Part shown: piece by piece, positions 23,564 through 37,500 of the stretch
How positions within the stretch are numbered: position 1 is the first letter of the stretch
Layout of the letters: each line of letters starts with the position of its first letter
Source: Gonapodya sp. JEL0774
Lineage: Eukaryota
Assembly: GCA_027604505.1 (NCBI GenBank)
Contig: JADIIX010000030.1
Location: 1-64,000, forward strand
Direction: 5' to 3'
DNA length: 64,000 bases
Made by a program: the position numbers and the translations under genes
The notes under the pieces: generated by a model
What the model was told of the DNA's origin: nothing
The model's database searches: none
Seen by the model: the letters and a program-made list of their open reading frames with translations, nothing else

Positions 23564-25744
23564 TCATTGCATCTTCAGAACACCCGTCTTGAATAAGGTA
23601 ACTATTCCTATAACAGCTACCAGACCCAGGATTTGCATAATGTCCCACGAAGAGACTCCAGGGAGAATAGTAATGAATGCCCATCGCAACAAGCCGAATT
23701 CGAGCACAGAAAGCATCAAAAGAAGGGCAAGGTCTCTGAGCTTGGGCCGCATTGGAAGCCGCAACTCAATAATATCGTCTCTTTGAAGTCCCATGCTTTC
23801 AATAGCATCACGAAACACAACCTTTGCTCCCGCTCCATCTGGGATTTCTGAAGCTAGCCCAGATTGAAATGCGTCACAAACTCTCTCTGTCCGTTGTCGG
23901 TCACCCACCAACACGTCACTGGGTTGAAAACGTCCACACCGGAAAAAGTCATCCATAATGGCATCTTTCTCCATATATCGATCACGCAGCCAGTTGGTAA
24001 AAGTGCTGTAATCCACCGCTTCAGTTGAGTCTGTCAACTCTTCAAGCAAATGGTTCCTTTCCTTTTCCTCCACTTTCAAGAATTGGAGTCTTGTTTTCAT
24101 TGGATCTGAGTCCAGTAACACGTCGCCACCAGACTGCGAGGACACAAACTTAACGTCACTCGCTGACGTGGCTGGGGTCGATTCCAACGGGATGCCAGCC
24201 ACTGAATCTTCACTCGACCCTGACCCATGAGAGTCGATAGTAAAAGTAGAGATATTCCCATGCCCAAGCAGTTGTTTGCGGAGAATAGCCGCACTAGGGC
24301 GATGATTCAAGCCACTGGGTGAGGGCTTTCGAAAACAAGGTGCGGAAGACGAATCGAGTGGGTTATCATTTCCAGGTAGTGGAACCTCTTTCAGTCTTGC
24401 CGGCATAGACCCAATCCCCGGAATATCACAGAGCGCAAATCTTCGTATTGCCAAGTGCACCTCTTTAGGACCTTTCCCATTTATAAATGTGTTTGAAAGA
24501 TGGTACTTGTAGTAGGGTAGCTGTCTTCCGTTTGCAACATAGGTTGCCTCTCCCCCGACGGAAGAGGTACCAGGGTACCCTATAGTGAAGTCGTAGAGAT
24601 AAGGAACATCAATGGGGGAGACGTGACGGAGAATGTGAAAAAGTCTGACGAGAAAGAGACAGAATATTATAATCAGTTATTGATAGGTGAATCACAGCAT
24701 TTCCTCACCCGGTTGAGCGAGGTAGCAAGACATTTTGATATGGATAAGGTAGTCCCATCTTCTTTGCGTACTCTCTTGATCCATCCACAGTGTTCTTGAT
24801 AAAAATATTCCGTGAGGGGTGGAAGGGGGGGTTGAGGTGATGTGATGTGAGATGGGGGCACAGGTGATGTGATGTTGAAGTGATGTTGAGTTGATACGTT
24901 TTCGTGATACCATTCACCCACTTTCACCATGACTGTTCCTTCTGGGAATATGAGCAGCCACAGCGGCAGCCCCGAGTCCCCAGCTATTAGAGTTAAATGC
25001 CGTTGAAGCACGGTCCTATCCAGGGACCACTTTCGGTGAAGCTTGAGCGGGAGTCACCTTGAGTGTGGAAGATAATACTTGCCAACAATGTCACTTACAA
25101 ATATAAACTCAAAAAAATACATTCCCCAGCCGAGTACCGGTATCCACCTGAGCGGTGCTTTCAATGATATTTTGATATCTCCATGGTGTCCACAGTGGTA
25201 AGCAAGAATCCAAAGGTACCACCAGTCGGCATACTAATGACATGAAATCGACGAGTTCATAAAAGCTTAAATTCCCATGTGGCATCAAGAAACTAGAACC
25301 AACTGCTCCCACAGTACCATTTGATGATTTGCAATTATGATCGCCTTTTTCTCTGCCAACAGATCCTGCCAAACAGAACGTTCGACTGTCACCACAAGGT
25401 CCGCAGGCGCTAGGAGCGATGAAAGTAGTGCCAGAAGGACACCGAAGAGCTTCTGTATGTTAATTTGTGATTTGCGATATCCGACGCGGGAGACGGTGAG
25501 AAGAATCAGGGGTGGATACTGAAGAATCTGGATTACTATTGCCTTCAGAATTAAATGAATTGCTGTGAGCCACTGCAGGCCAGTTGGACGCAGAGCTTCC
25601 ACTCACAAAAATGAACAGAAACGATGAAAGGACGGCCTGCCGAGCAAGTCGGAGGGTCCAAACTCGGAATGCTGGTGGACTCTCATCTTGCTCCCACGGT
25701 GGAGCCATGTCCGTCCGGCCGGTTAGATCCTTTGGGGGTGCCAT
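23564..25744 (-). CDS. Lysophospholipid acyltransferase (PlsC family, LCLAT1/Cst26-like)
   Basis: Catalytic NHQMYADW, plus GWGMYFFEFIF, LLIFPEGT, VLLPRSTG, YDFTIGY and WLRDRYMEKD. There are C-terminal TM segments. Confidence 0.92.
24836..24896. repeat. Degenerate (GTGAT)n simple repeat within an acyltransferase intron
   Basis: gtgatgtgatgtgagat...gtgatgtgatgttgaagtgatgttgagttgat. Confidence 0.7.
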
Positions 25745-25991
25745 ATACGTCCGATATGTTATGTAATTGATGACGTCCAGGCGGTATGCAGGCAACGACC
25801 GCTGTATCATGTGGGTTTTACACTGCGTGCCGTCCACAGCCCGCAGACCCCGTCCGCCTCCCGACTGATTATATCCGCCGCCATTTTCCTCGCATTTTCT
25901 CGGAAAATCAGAACCTGTATATACACATAGTCCCCTATACTAGAACAGGACAAAGTCATGTGAATTATGCATTTGTACAAATATGATGCTC

Positions 25992-26874
25992 TCAAGTCTT
26001 CACTTGGGTTTTCAGTTTCTCAACCTCTGCTTCTTTCGCCGCCAAACTCATTTTCTTCGTAATCTATGGAACGCAATGGTATGAGTTCCTAAGACAAACA
26101 ATAAGATCTCATCCACTCTGAACACGTCACCTTGTTCGGCTGGTAATACAGCACGATAAGGTATCGTCCTGTGACGTTGAACCCGTTCAAGTGTTCGCAC
26201 GCGGTTTTCGCGTCGAATATGTCCTGAGAGCAGAAGAATTAATGGCACCCAGCAACATTGCATAGGTGTGATCACGGTCACGGACAAATTTCCATTCAGG
26301 CAGGTGTGGATTGAACCTCGCAGACCCGACACTGAAGAACAAAGCTTACGTCAAAAACAACAAATGCGGTTCCTTTTGTATCAGCTGCTGTTCCAATTCG
26401 AATTTGTCTTCCGAGCCCGTGAGAACAATTGGTGAATGCTTCACAGTGCCTGTTCAGATGAGCCGCTGGACTAAAGACTCACCTTATTGAGCCATACTTT
26501 CCGAAAAGGTCATACATTTCTTCACTCGTTATTTTGTAAGGGAGGTTTCGAACAAACAGTGCGCGGTTGACTGCAGATATGAGTGAACAGCACGTTTGCC
26601 GCAGTTCGCGCACAAGTGGTTACGATCCAGAGTCAGTGGCAGTTTGCGGAAGTGCAGCAGTGATTAGTTATTGCAAGATGGAATAAGTAATATTGCGAGG
26701 CCTAAGACTCCGATTCATCCTGCCCTGTGGGCGAACTCACCTTCTGGAGGAAGTCTAGGTTTCCCGACGAAAAGTAAACGATTGAAAATTTCAAAGTAGT
26801 TTCCTCTATAAGCAGGATAGCTAGCCATGATGCGCGTACCTCACATTTGCGCGACCTTTCGCAGCGAGGGCCAT
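25992..26874 (-). CDS. SF3B6: U2 snRNP splicing factor SF3b subunit 6 (p14, RRM), 6 small exons
   Basis: Spliced [100 protein letters not shown]...VKT*, closely matching p14. Confidence 0.97.
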
Positions 26875-27038
26875 CGAGTCTCAATCTGGAAGTCAAGAAG
26901 TTGGTTTTCACCGAACAACTGGCACAAGAGACTCGAACTCCAACCAAATTCACTTTCGCAATACTTCAAAAAAATATTGGTCTTGCAAGCAGAAACTTGA
27001 AACAAAATGAACTTTTAACGTGTCAAACCCGCACTTCG

Positions 27039-30000
27039 ATGGATTGGAAATCGGAGATGGCAGATGGTCTCCCAAGATCGCAGTCGGTGATGTCCAGAAA
27101 GCCAACAGGCGGCTCGGATGTCTCTATAGACGTCGAAGAAGCGAAATCAGACTTTGCGAAAGGGCTACTGCGTGCTCACGAGAATCCACCACTCTCGAAC
27201 GGATTCCGATTCCGTAAGCTCTTTCAACCACGAACTTGGTCGAGGGTTGTGCTATTGCTCTTTGCATTCGTGATGGGGTGTGTGACTTGGGAACTTCTCA
27301 ATCCTGCAAGACGGACTTCCTTGAACCTACAAGGCTCACTAGGCAGGTCCTGGGGCTTTCTCACCCCGGACGATGTGAAGAGCTCAGAACAGTTGTCAGG
27401 TTCTAGCAATCTATTCTTGAGCCATGACTTTCCCCTCAAGTCTCCACCTGTGAACGGTCCAGAAAATCTATTCCACCCGTTCCATCACCTACCCGACCCC
27501 GGGCCTGACACCGTCGCTCTGGAACAGATTCGGAGAATGACTAGGCATGCTTGGAGCAACTACTATTCACTCGCAGGTGGTTGTGATGAGCTGAAACCAG
27601 TGACTAAACTGTGCCGGAACTGGAGCGGCGACAACCCAACATTAATGACACCCATCGACAGCTTGGGGACTCTTTGGATCATGAATTTGAAGGACGAATT
27701 TGAGGAGGCTAAAGAATTGGTCCAAAAATGGAACGTGACTGGCGTAAGTTATCGTTTATATGAACGCATTCTGGAGAGAACAGCTGGTGCACAGATTTCG
27801 TTTGTTAAGAAACCCCTTTTCGTTACGTTGCTTGCTTGACGCTTCAATCACATAGCTCACTTCCCTTTTTGTTTTCGTATCTTGCCGTTTCAGCCCATAC
27901 GCGCGAGTTTTTTCGAGACGGTCATCCGTGTACTTGGAGGTCTCCTCTCAGCGCATGATCTCACTGGTGATCATATGTTCCTCGAAAAAGCGGTGATCTT
28001 TGCTACACGCGCAGAACAAGCTTTCGATCCTCTAACAGGCTTACCGGGGTCAACATTCAACATGCAGAGCTCGTCAGACGAAGCCGAACGCACTGCCCGT
28101 TCCAGTTCTGCTGCAGCACAGCTGGATACCACAGCCGAAGCCGACTTGGACGACCCTGTGCTCAGCCGTTTGCGTCACCCAGATGCTCCTTATTCAGGAG
28201 CCCACCTATCTCTCGCCGAGGTTGGAACTTTTCAGCTGGAGATGTCATACCTTGCAGACGTCACTGGAGAGGAGCGCTGGCTGCGGTATGTCGAACGATG
28301 TAATGATTATCTCTACAAAATGTCCAGAACACGAACCTGGGGGGAGGTTTGGGCAGCGGAAAAGGTATGGCTGACTAGTGAGGGCAAAAGTCCGGACATC
28401 GACTTTGGCTCTCGATATGAGGACCCACCGGATTCCATCGATATCCATCCTTCTTCTCCACAAGTGCCAGGTCTCTGGTCCACATCAGTCGTTGCCGGTG
28501 CCCATGCGATTTATCCGGGCCGCTATACAGTAGGAGGGAGCGTCGACTCATTTTACGAGTACCTGCTTAAACAGTGGATATATTTCGGAGGTGAAATGGA
28601 GCCGCGGTCAGCTTACCTCCGTGAGATGTATATGGAGACAGCAAGTTCGGTGTTGCGCTACATGGCTGTATCTGAGCGTGTGCCTGGACGCTGGGAGGAC
28701 AGTCGCCCACTCATGAGGGTTAAAGGCTGGCCCGCAATTCGTACCGTACCTCGCACGAAGCGCCCGGGGAGCAAACCAATTGTTGCACACAACGGAATTC
28801 CAAACTCTCCGCCGACTTCAGATTGGTGGAGTAAGCTGATTGATAATGTGGAGCCACAAGTGTCCGTTGACGTTGAACACACTGGGGACGGGGCGAATGA
28901 TGAACTAGAAAGCAACACCACCTCTTCCGCTCCCATTGGGGAAGCGGTGGATGCGGAAGGAATACCGACATTTTCTCCCAAAAGGAACATGAAACGGCGA
29001 TCTGTTTATTCTGAGGACACTGAATCTAATGGACCCCAGTCGATGCTCAAATTGTTTAACTCGGACCAAGAAGAGGATCCTCGGGGATGGTGGGATGGGA
29101 TTTCTCTCGGTGTCGATGAGCGAACTTATCCCAACAAGTATGGTGAGTCAAACGTGATCAATGTTTATTCATTAACACTTACTGGTATGGAGATGTAATG
29201 CACTCGGTTTTACAGAAAGCCCAGCGCGGGGTGGCCCTCACGGAGGATTCGGTGCTCAATCTCCAAAAATCGAAGATTTTCTTCCTTCACCTAACTCCGC
29301 GAAAATCACTTCCATGACTGGGGGTTCTGAGACGACCACAGCACTTCATGATGAGTCAACAACTGAGTGTCCTGCGTGCCCGGTCTGTCGGGCGTGCCCA
29401 CAGCCAAAAGTTGCTCCTACTCCATTTGTTTACAGTAAGACCCGCTATTTCTATGAAGCACCGGCCTTTCCGCTCAGGGACAGTGGCAATGGTGCTGTAC
29501 ATAGCTACATTGCACAACTAGACTCCGTCGGAATGCTGGAACATAATATGGAACACCTGTCCTGCTTTATTGGTGGAATGTTTGGTCTAGGTGTCGTCTC
29601 GGGGGCAGTCCAAAATGAGACGTAAGTCTACCGTTTTATCGGTTCACGTACTCGCTTGACCGTCTAATTTGACGCAGAGAGCGCCAGCGGCACACAGCTT
29701 GGGCGCAATCTATCACGGAGACCTGTGCAAAATCGTACTTCGATAGCCCGACGGGTCTTGGACCAGAGGTATTCTCGCCTCAGAGACAACCAATAGCAGC
29801 AGCATTGGGGGGTCGTGAATACAATTTGCGTCCTGAAACTTTGGAATCTATATTTTACATGTGGCGTTATACTCATGACCCGAAGTGGCGGCGAATGGGA
29901 TGGAGAATTCTAGAAGCGCTTGAGAGGTGGTGTAGAGTCCGACATGGATACTCTGCGGTGAAGGACGTTGCAGTGGAATGGTCTAAAGGGCAGGCTATTG

Positions 30001-30306
30001 TGCGGAAGGACACGATGGAAAGCTTTTTCATAGCGGAAACGTTGAAGTATCTTTATCTGCTGTTTTCAGCAGACGATGTGATACCTCTAGACAGATACGT
30101 TTTCAACACCGTGAGTTCGCAATCCACTAGTTCCAATTTTCCAGCTGTTTATTGGTTGGCGCTATTCAATCCAGGAAGCGCATCCACTCACACAACGTGC
30201 ACACTTGGGAGACCGCCTTAAATTGAATTCTCGAGCACCAAGCCAGACACCGAAGAAGATTTTTGACGTACCACCCTTGTATCCACCAAGCGCCTTCTTT
30301 GAGTAG
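27039..30306 (+). CDS. MNS1: Class I alpha-1,2-mannosidase (GH47), type II membrane protein
   Basis: N-terminal TM followed by HAWSNY...DELKP, IDSLGTLWIM, FETVIRVLGGLLSA, AEVGTFQLE, DSFYEYLLKQW, EHLSCFIGG, LRPETLES, MESFFIAETLKYLYLLF and FNTEAHP. Confidence 0.95.
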
Positions 30307-30663
30307 TGGCTGCTCCTGAAGAAGATCACGGAAAAATTGAAAACAGATACCCACCTGGTTACATCTCTACCTCAACGCCTTTGCGAAATTACTTTCAGCC
30401 ATCGACTTAGTTGCATCTGGGGAGCAGCACAGTGGTTGATGCTTGCCTTTCCGAAGAGGAGTCTACCCATTTGACTTTGAAACAATGACTTCCCACTTAT
30501 CTTGTACTTATGCACACACAAGTGGATGGTAACATTTTTTCTCCTATGCAATTCTACTCATGTAAATGGAATATATTTGGAAATGGACTATTTTTCTTGC
30601 ATATCCTCAGAAAATCATGAACAATGTTTTCGATGAATCTGAAATGAAATACTGAAGCATTGA

Positions 30664-33600
30664 TCATCGGCCCACCGAGTACTTGGTTGATCTCGGAGAG
30701 TCACGTCTTCCCTCTTCACCCATTGATGACTCAATATATCTCGCATGCTTCTTCTCGGATTCTTGCTTGTTGAAACGACGGCTACCGCCACTCAATCCAA
30801 GGGAGTTTACGAAGCGGTTCATAGCTCCTCTTGCGGTTGCCACATCTCCTAGTCCCATGCTCCCCGAAGCAATATTACTCTTGAGATTTGTTATCTGCGC
30901 ATCAATGTAATTGACCCAATCACGTATCGTGATATCGACTGTTTTTTGAATCTGAGTACGAACAAGTTGATGGATCAATGGTGAGAACATCGTGTAGAGA
31001 GCTCTACCAAGAAATATCAAGGAGATTATTCTCAAGATTTCCTCACACTGTTGAGGACGCATTCTCACTCATGTTTCTCCCCCCTTATATCAATCCGAAG
31101 ATCATCAACGTGTGTACGAATGCGGCGCACAAAGAGGGTGCGCTTTGGATCGTCCTTCTCCAGGCCGAGTTTCAGGAGAACAGAAATACCCTGGCCCCCA
31201 ACCTGCAGATTATGCATCAATCACAGAGGTAGCAACTTGAAAACTTCTCTCGCGTAGAATGATCCGCCACTTACAAGCATACTCAAGACACCATGATCAG
31301 ACATCCTTGGAAAGCCTTTCTTCCGCTTAAAATAGAAAGGAACATCTCTGATGTCCGCGAATATTTGGTAGAGGTTGAGGGTAATGTGGCTGAAGATAGG
31401 GATCAGTTTGGCGCTAATTTCAAAGTGATCATCACTCATGAGGCGGTTGCTGTGCCCACCTATTGAAGCTTGATTCCAAACTCTTTCTGAGACCCATAAC
31501 AACCGCGTTTTTCATCTACCAGATGCGAAAAGCTAATTCGTCCCGGGACGTCTGAAGCAAGCAACAAATTCCATCAAACCTTGACTTCCAAGACATTGGG
31601 TAAAAAGTTATCTGAGGTGATTATCAGATCCTCCATTATGACGTGGTATTGATCATCATTGTGTTCAATCCGCGAAATGGGGATGTACTTGACTTGATCA
31701 AACAAGAGAGGGAGGATAACAGTTGCAAAATCCCTGATGAGGTCCGGCTTGAACGTGTAGCCACCATTCCTAATTGTCGATCATAAAGATCAGTAATGTG
31801 CGATGATAGATGCATTGTGTAAAAAGTCAACTCACTCATCCAGAAAAGTGTCGCGAGTGATCCTGCGAATATCATCTGCGAAGTCTCTGGTAACGGTGTC
31901 GGATTGAAGCTCATGCATGAAATCACGAATTACCCCGAGTAGATTTGTCGTGTCGTTTTTGTAGCTCTCAAATAAGATCGCGCGGCCTCTGTTGATGATT
32001 TCAGATCCTTTGCGAACATAATCAGAGTTTGAGAGATAAGATGGCTCCTCCAGTGAACGGTAGACGAACACTCGGAGATCACGCAAGTAGTCGCGGAGGT
32101 AAAAGTCTCTCGGGGCGCAAACATCATAAATCTCCATCAAGCAAGGACAAAACATCTGCTTAACTTGTATTTACCTTCAGCAACGTGTCTCGAAAACTCC
32201 TTGAGCTGGTCAAGGATAGGATCGAGTGATTGTCCATTTGCGAACTTCTCTACAAGACTCTGGGAAACATTCGTGTGAGAATCGAATATTAAACAATGCC
32301 ACTCGGCCTCACCTTTAACTCATACTCAGCAGCTAAGAGGTTGGCATCCTTCCTGGCCCTTTTCGCAGCTTTGCTCGAGATGGATCTTCCCACTTTCCCC
32401 GACACCTCTGCCAATCGTTCCACCATTTCAAGCAGATACTTGATGGAAGAGTGATACTCCTCATTTCCAGACAGATCTTCACAGATCTTGCGGAACCGCT
32501 CAACGAGCTGTCTCCTCCTGTCAATCGACAAACGTTCTCCAATTACGTCCGCAGCATCATCAACAAGCGAGCGATAATCTTCAGGCAGAGACTGCCGTAA
32601 TGCATCACGATTGGAGGGTGCCTCGTAGTCTTTCTTGGATGATGCTCTTCCGGTGGTGCGGACGTCAGAGTTTTCGTCATCGTCGTAATCCCTTGTTTGG
32701 CGTTGGGAGAAGTAGCGGCCTTGATCTTCACGCTCCTAGAATTACGCACACGTAAGCATGATCCATACAAAGCTCTCAAGAGAAAATCTTCTCACCAGAT
32801 GAGATCTTGGCTCATCATCTCTAGTTGTTACGCGAACGCGTTCCGAAGTGACGAACGGTGGCCCAACTGAGGGAACCTCTACATCGACCTCACCCCCATC
32901 GGTTTGGATTGACGTTGGCTCATAGAATGAGTATGAATATCTGGTAGAAGAGTTGATGTAGAATGATCGTCACGGGGACTGCAAGGCACTCACTCTCGGA
33001 AACCTCCCGGATCTCTCTCAAGATCCTCCTCATTGCTGTAGATTGACTCGTATCTGCTATCCCTTGTGTAAGTGTGTTCCCTATCACGACGGCGATCACC
33101 GCGCACCTCACGATCGCTGTATCCATCGCGATCTTCGTTATCGCGATCTCTCGTCCGAAGACCTGCTCGATTTCGATCTATTCCGTACGCGTCCTCGTTC
33201 TGCAAATCACTGCGAGCTCGTTCACGACGTTTCTCTGAAAATCCCACTAACACATCTTGAAAGAGCTCTGAAAAATCGAGCAGAAGCTCCCGGAACTCGT
33301 TGTTCGTCACGAGAAGGCGAGCGATAGTGCTTGCTGCCGAGAAGCCTGTTCGCAGCCGAGAGAAAAGAATTAAAACGATGACACACGTTAAGAATATCCC
33401 AACCTCACCTTCCCGCGCTGCTTGACCTACTGATGGACTCCCTTCGTACAGGGTGGATCGAACTCGAGCATCTAGGGTAAGGTATGAACGAGTGAGCAGA
33501 ATCATCTGGAGTGCCTGAGAATGCAAGCAGCAGAAAAAAACCTTGAGCCGATATGGTTGCCATCCGTGAGTGGAATATGAAGGATTGGATATCCTCATCC

Positions 33601-33821
33601 GAATTTTTGTCATCAATGACTCGTTTCAGGGATCGCAAAACTCTAAAAAAATCATCCAGTACTACGTTTCCATCCTGAGATAACATGTAGCGAGAATTCT
33701 CTAAGTTGCGCGAGGTTTGGAGACGGTCAATGATAGATTTCAGTTGCTGATTGGTAGGAAGCTTCCCCTCGTGGAAGGCTTGGATCGCGTCGAAAATTCT
33801 CAACAGGCGCGACATTGTCAT
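30664..33821 (-). CDS. Fungal DUF4449/DUF5923 (BPI/TULIP-like) protein, multi-exon
   Basis: N-terminal GKLPTNQQL, LSQDGNVVLDD, KNSDEDIQSFIFHS, LLVTNNEFRELL and later IFADIRDVPFYFKRKKGFPRMSDHG resemble this fungal family. The family name is from recall. Confidence 0.75.
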
Positions 33822-34500
33822 CGTTAAAGCTCGACCATGTGCAAGAGTATGAACAGACGCTAACCTGAGTTTTCTCTTCACATCGGCTCTCTTCTCTGAA
33901 TGTGCGACAATGGTGGGCGACCGATAGAACTGAGGAGCTGTTCGTGCAGTAGCTCCGCCTGGAGATTGAAACGATACAAGGTATAGAAACGGCGATGACA
34001 AGAGTGATGAACGCATATGTGCACATGTACCTCCAAGTTGTCGTGCGGCATCGTCTGCAGAAGGTTGTTGCTTTTCGAAAAGCTAGCGGATCAAAAAATC
34101 CTTCAACATCCTTCAACAAGGAGAAAAGAGTATCGTGTTGAACTAACTGACCTTGTTCATCGTTGGAGCTTTCAAATGTTGCGTTTCATGGGGGGTTATT
34201 CAATAGTACAGTTGCTTTTTAGAAGCACGCCGCATGAATGACGTCACCTTACCGTGGGAACTAAATTCAATATTGACGTCAATTATCGAGGTGGCACTTC
34301 ATAACCGCGATCATGGTGAAGTCGTGGCAACTCAAAGTTCAAAGGTTTCACTTGTTGGTGTCAAATCAGATTCGAAAGGCCCACTCGTGGTTGTTCGTAG
34401 CTCGATAATCTCGATATGGCGAGCAACAAATTCTCATTCGGGTTTGATTGGAATTACATGTGCTGTTCTACTAAAAGAAAATGTGTTCAACTCAAACATC

Positions 34501-37500
34501 TTACGAAAGATCCATTGGCATTGGCCCTGCAGAGCTTCCCGTCCTCGACCCGGAGGAGCCGGCGAGGCCAAGCGACGTAGGCACTCTCCGAGAGGGCAAC
34601 CCGAATCCCATACCACCACTGGAAAGGGAGTCCAACTCGTGTTGTACCTGTCGCACTTCGTCCGCCAGTGGATTTTTCGGTCCCTTCAGATCTTTCACGA
34701 ATGCATCAAACTTTGGACTCGTTGCTACGTGTTCGGAGGTTGCCCCCAATCAGCCAAAAATGTGTAACACTTCCGAATCAAAGATCGCCACTTACCTGGA
34801 TCGCTCAGACGGGCGGTCACAAGCGTACACCGAATCGCACTCTTCACCAGCTCGGCGTTCTTCTCGATCTCCTGTTTCACTGCATTACCTTTGTTCTTGG
34901 TCTCCACAGTCGCTTTCAAAACATCAGCAACTTCATCCAATCGTTGCGAAACCATTCCCGGAGCTATGTAACCCAGACGCTGGAACATCAAATGTGCCAG
35001 AACCTTGACTTCCTGCGCCTCATCACTGAAACCTTTGATGACACGTGTCAGGAACGCATAAAGATCGATCCGTGGAAGCAGGTTTTCAAGGAGTGTGTAC
35101 ATGCACTCGTAAGCGAGCTTTCGAATATCGAGTCCATCATCGATTCGGTGCTTGAACGGCCCCATTTCGACAATACGAACGAGCTCCGGCCGTTGATTGC
35201 ACTCTTCGTACAACAAAGGCAACATCTCATTCAGAGAGTCACGGATAAGGTATGGCTTGTTATGAGCTGCGGAGTTGAGAGTGGCGAGGGCTGCACGGCG
35301 CACATTCTGCCACAAATAATCAGATGTGGGTTATTAAAAACGTGGCATTCGCATAACTGCTTACCAAATCGTGATCCTTGACTAACTTCATAAATTCAGG
35401 AACCAGCGGAATGAGCTGGTCATCATAATACCCATGCTGGGTGTGGTCGGAGAAAGTATATCGCACAGCGGTAACTACGGCAGCACGAGTAGCAGCCTTG
35501 TCAGCCTGGATTCTGGCCTATCGCACACAAAGAGACGCGAGCATAATTTAGTTTATCTGAGCCGCAGGATGGTGGTCATGGGGCACTTACACGCAATTCC
35601 GGAAGAAATTTCTCTGGAGAACTCAAACTAAGCCGTCCCAAGCTCTCGGCCACAACGTTCCTGGTACCTTCTTCCGTTGCTTCTTCTGCAGCAGCAAACA
35701 GTAGTGGCCAAAGCTGTTCTGCATGAGGAAATGCCCGCAAAGACGAGACGCTTAACCCTGGAGGATTTTGGGCACTAACTTGGTTACCCGATCGCCCGGC
35801 AGTGATGACAGATGAGCTGCGAGCAGCCAGATTCTGCATCGTGTATCGCGTAATAGTCTGCCGCAAGGGAGGGAGCAAGATCGTTTTTGCTACGTGTTAT
35901 TATCGGACAGGAGGGAGATTAAGTCACCTCTTTCAGAGCGACCAGTGCCAGGTATTTGGTTTTGCCCGTTTGCTTGATGGCATCAACGAGAATGGGCACA
36001 TATTTGCTGAGATTACCGACAGCTATATTGCCCGCAGCGAAAGCCGCCGCACTCTTAGTCTCTTCCGAAGGATGAGAGAAGAGCCCGAGAATTGTAACAT
36101 GGAGATTAGGATTAGTTTGAGAGAGGTCACTGTCCAAAATTGAGAGATAGGCGTTACGAATAGTGCAAAAACGCCCCACAAACGAGCACCCACATTTGCC
36201 TGCCAACTTCACCGAGCGTGAGTAAAGCGAGCAACCTCACGTTCTCTGGCTGGCTAGCGTCTTCAACTCTACTTACGAGCGTACCGACAGTGGAAGTCCG
36301 GTCAGCGGCAGGTGCGTTCAACAGAAGCGTCGCGACTCCCGTAGCCACAGCCTGGTATGCCGGTTTGCTGACAGTCTTCCCAGCAGTGACAGGCTCCATG
36401 AGCTTTCCCATGGCGTCCTTGAACACAGGTGAGCCACCAACTCGAACAAGTGCCGTCCACACCTGAACAATTGCTTCCAAGCCGAGTCCGCTGCCTACAA
36501 GCTGTGGGTTCTCAAGCACTAATTTGACAAGGCTCGATACAACATCATTGCGGGCAACGACCTCCACGGGAGCATTGTAGATGATTGAAGCAAGTAGGCT
36601 CAATGCCAGCGGGAGCACGTGCCAGTCTGTGTTAGTCATGAGCGGTTTGACCTCGGCGATAATTTGGAGGTAGCTTGCCTCACTTATCCCGCCGGATCTG
36701 CCGTACCGCGAGACAAGCTCTTCCAGGCACGACAAAGACGATACACGAAGCTGGCGTTGACTCTTGCGCAAGAGCGCTGAAACCTCGCCTATGATATCGG
36801 GTAGGACAGATTTCAAATCTAATCCGGTACCTGCAATGGCAAGAGGCCCTGCAGCGACTTGATTCACGACTTGCACGGTGGCGAGACGGGTCAGCTCGTT
36901 GCGAAGACGGTCAAGGAGGAGCGGGATGACGGTAGAACTCAGTTGGTCAGCGGGGAAAAGGTCACCGGCTTGAGAAAGGAGTGCACCGAGCAGAGCAAGA
37001 GCACGCTCTTTGACCTCAAGGTCTGCATCTGCGGTGGACAGTCGGACTGATACCATATTGTAAAGGGTCTGAAAATGGCAAGATAGGAAGAGCGCACCAC
37101 CCACGCGTGAAACTACTCGTTCTCACTTGAACAGCTTATTCAACTTACCATTAAATGTTTGACCCCATCCTGTGGCACCGCCTTCACAGCTACCACGACC
37201 CCCGTTCCATCCTTCTCAACCGGCCTCAGCACGCTTACTAGAGCAGTCGCACACTGTAGTGCTTCGCTAACAATCTTATAGAATTTGTCGTTGCAGCACT
37301 CCACCACCGCCGGCACCAATTTGTCCAGGGACCCGCTGAAAACATTTGGGTCCGGTTGTTCCGAAAAAGCCGTGCTGAGGAAGTCAAGTACTTCAATTTT
37401 GAGGTTAGAGCTTGTTGCGGTGGAAGAAGAGGGTGCTGATAGGGAGGAGACAACGGACGGCACAAACATCGGGAAGGTGGCATCGAGGCCCCCGTGGAGT

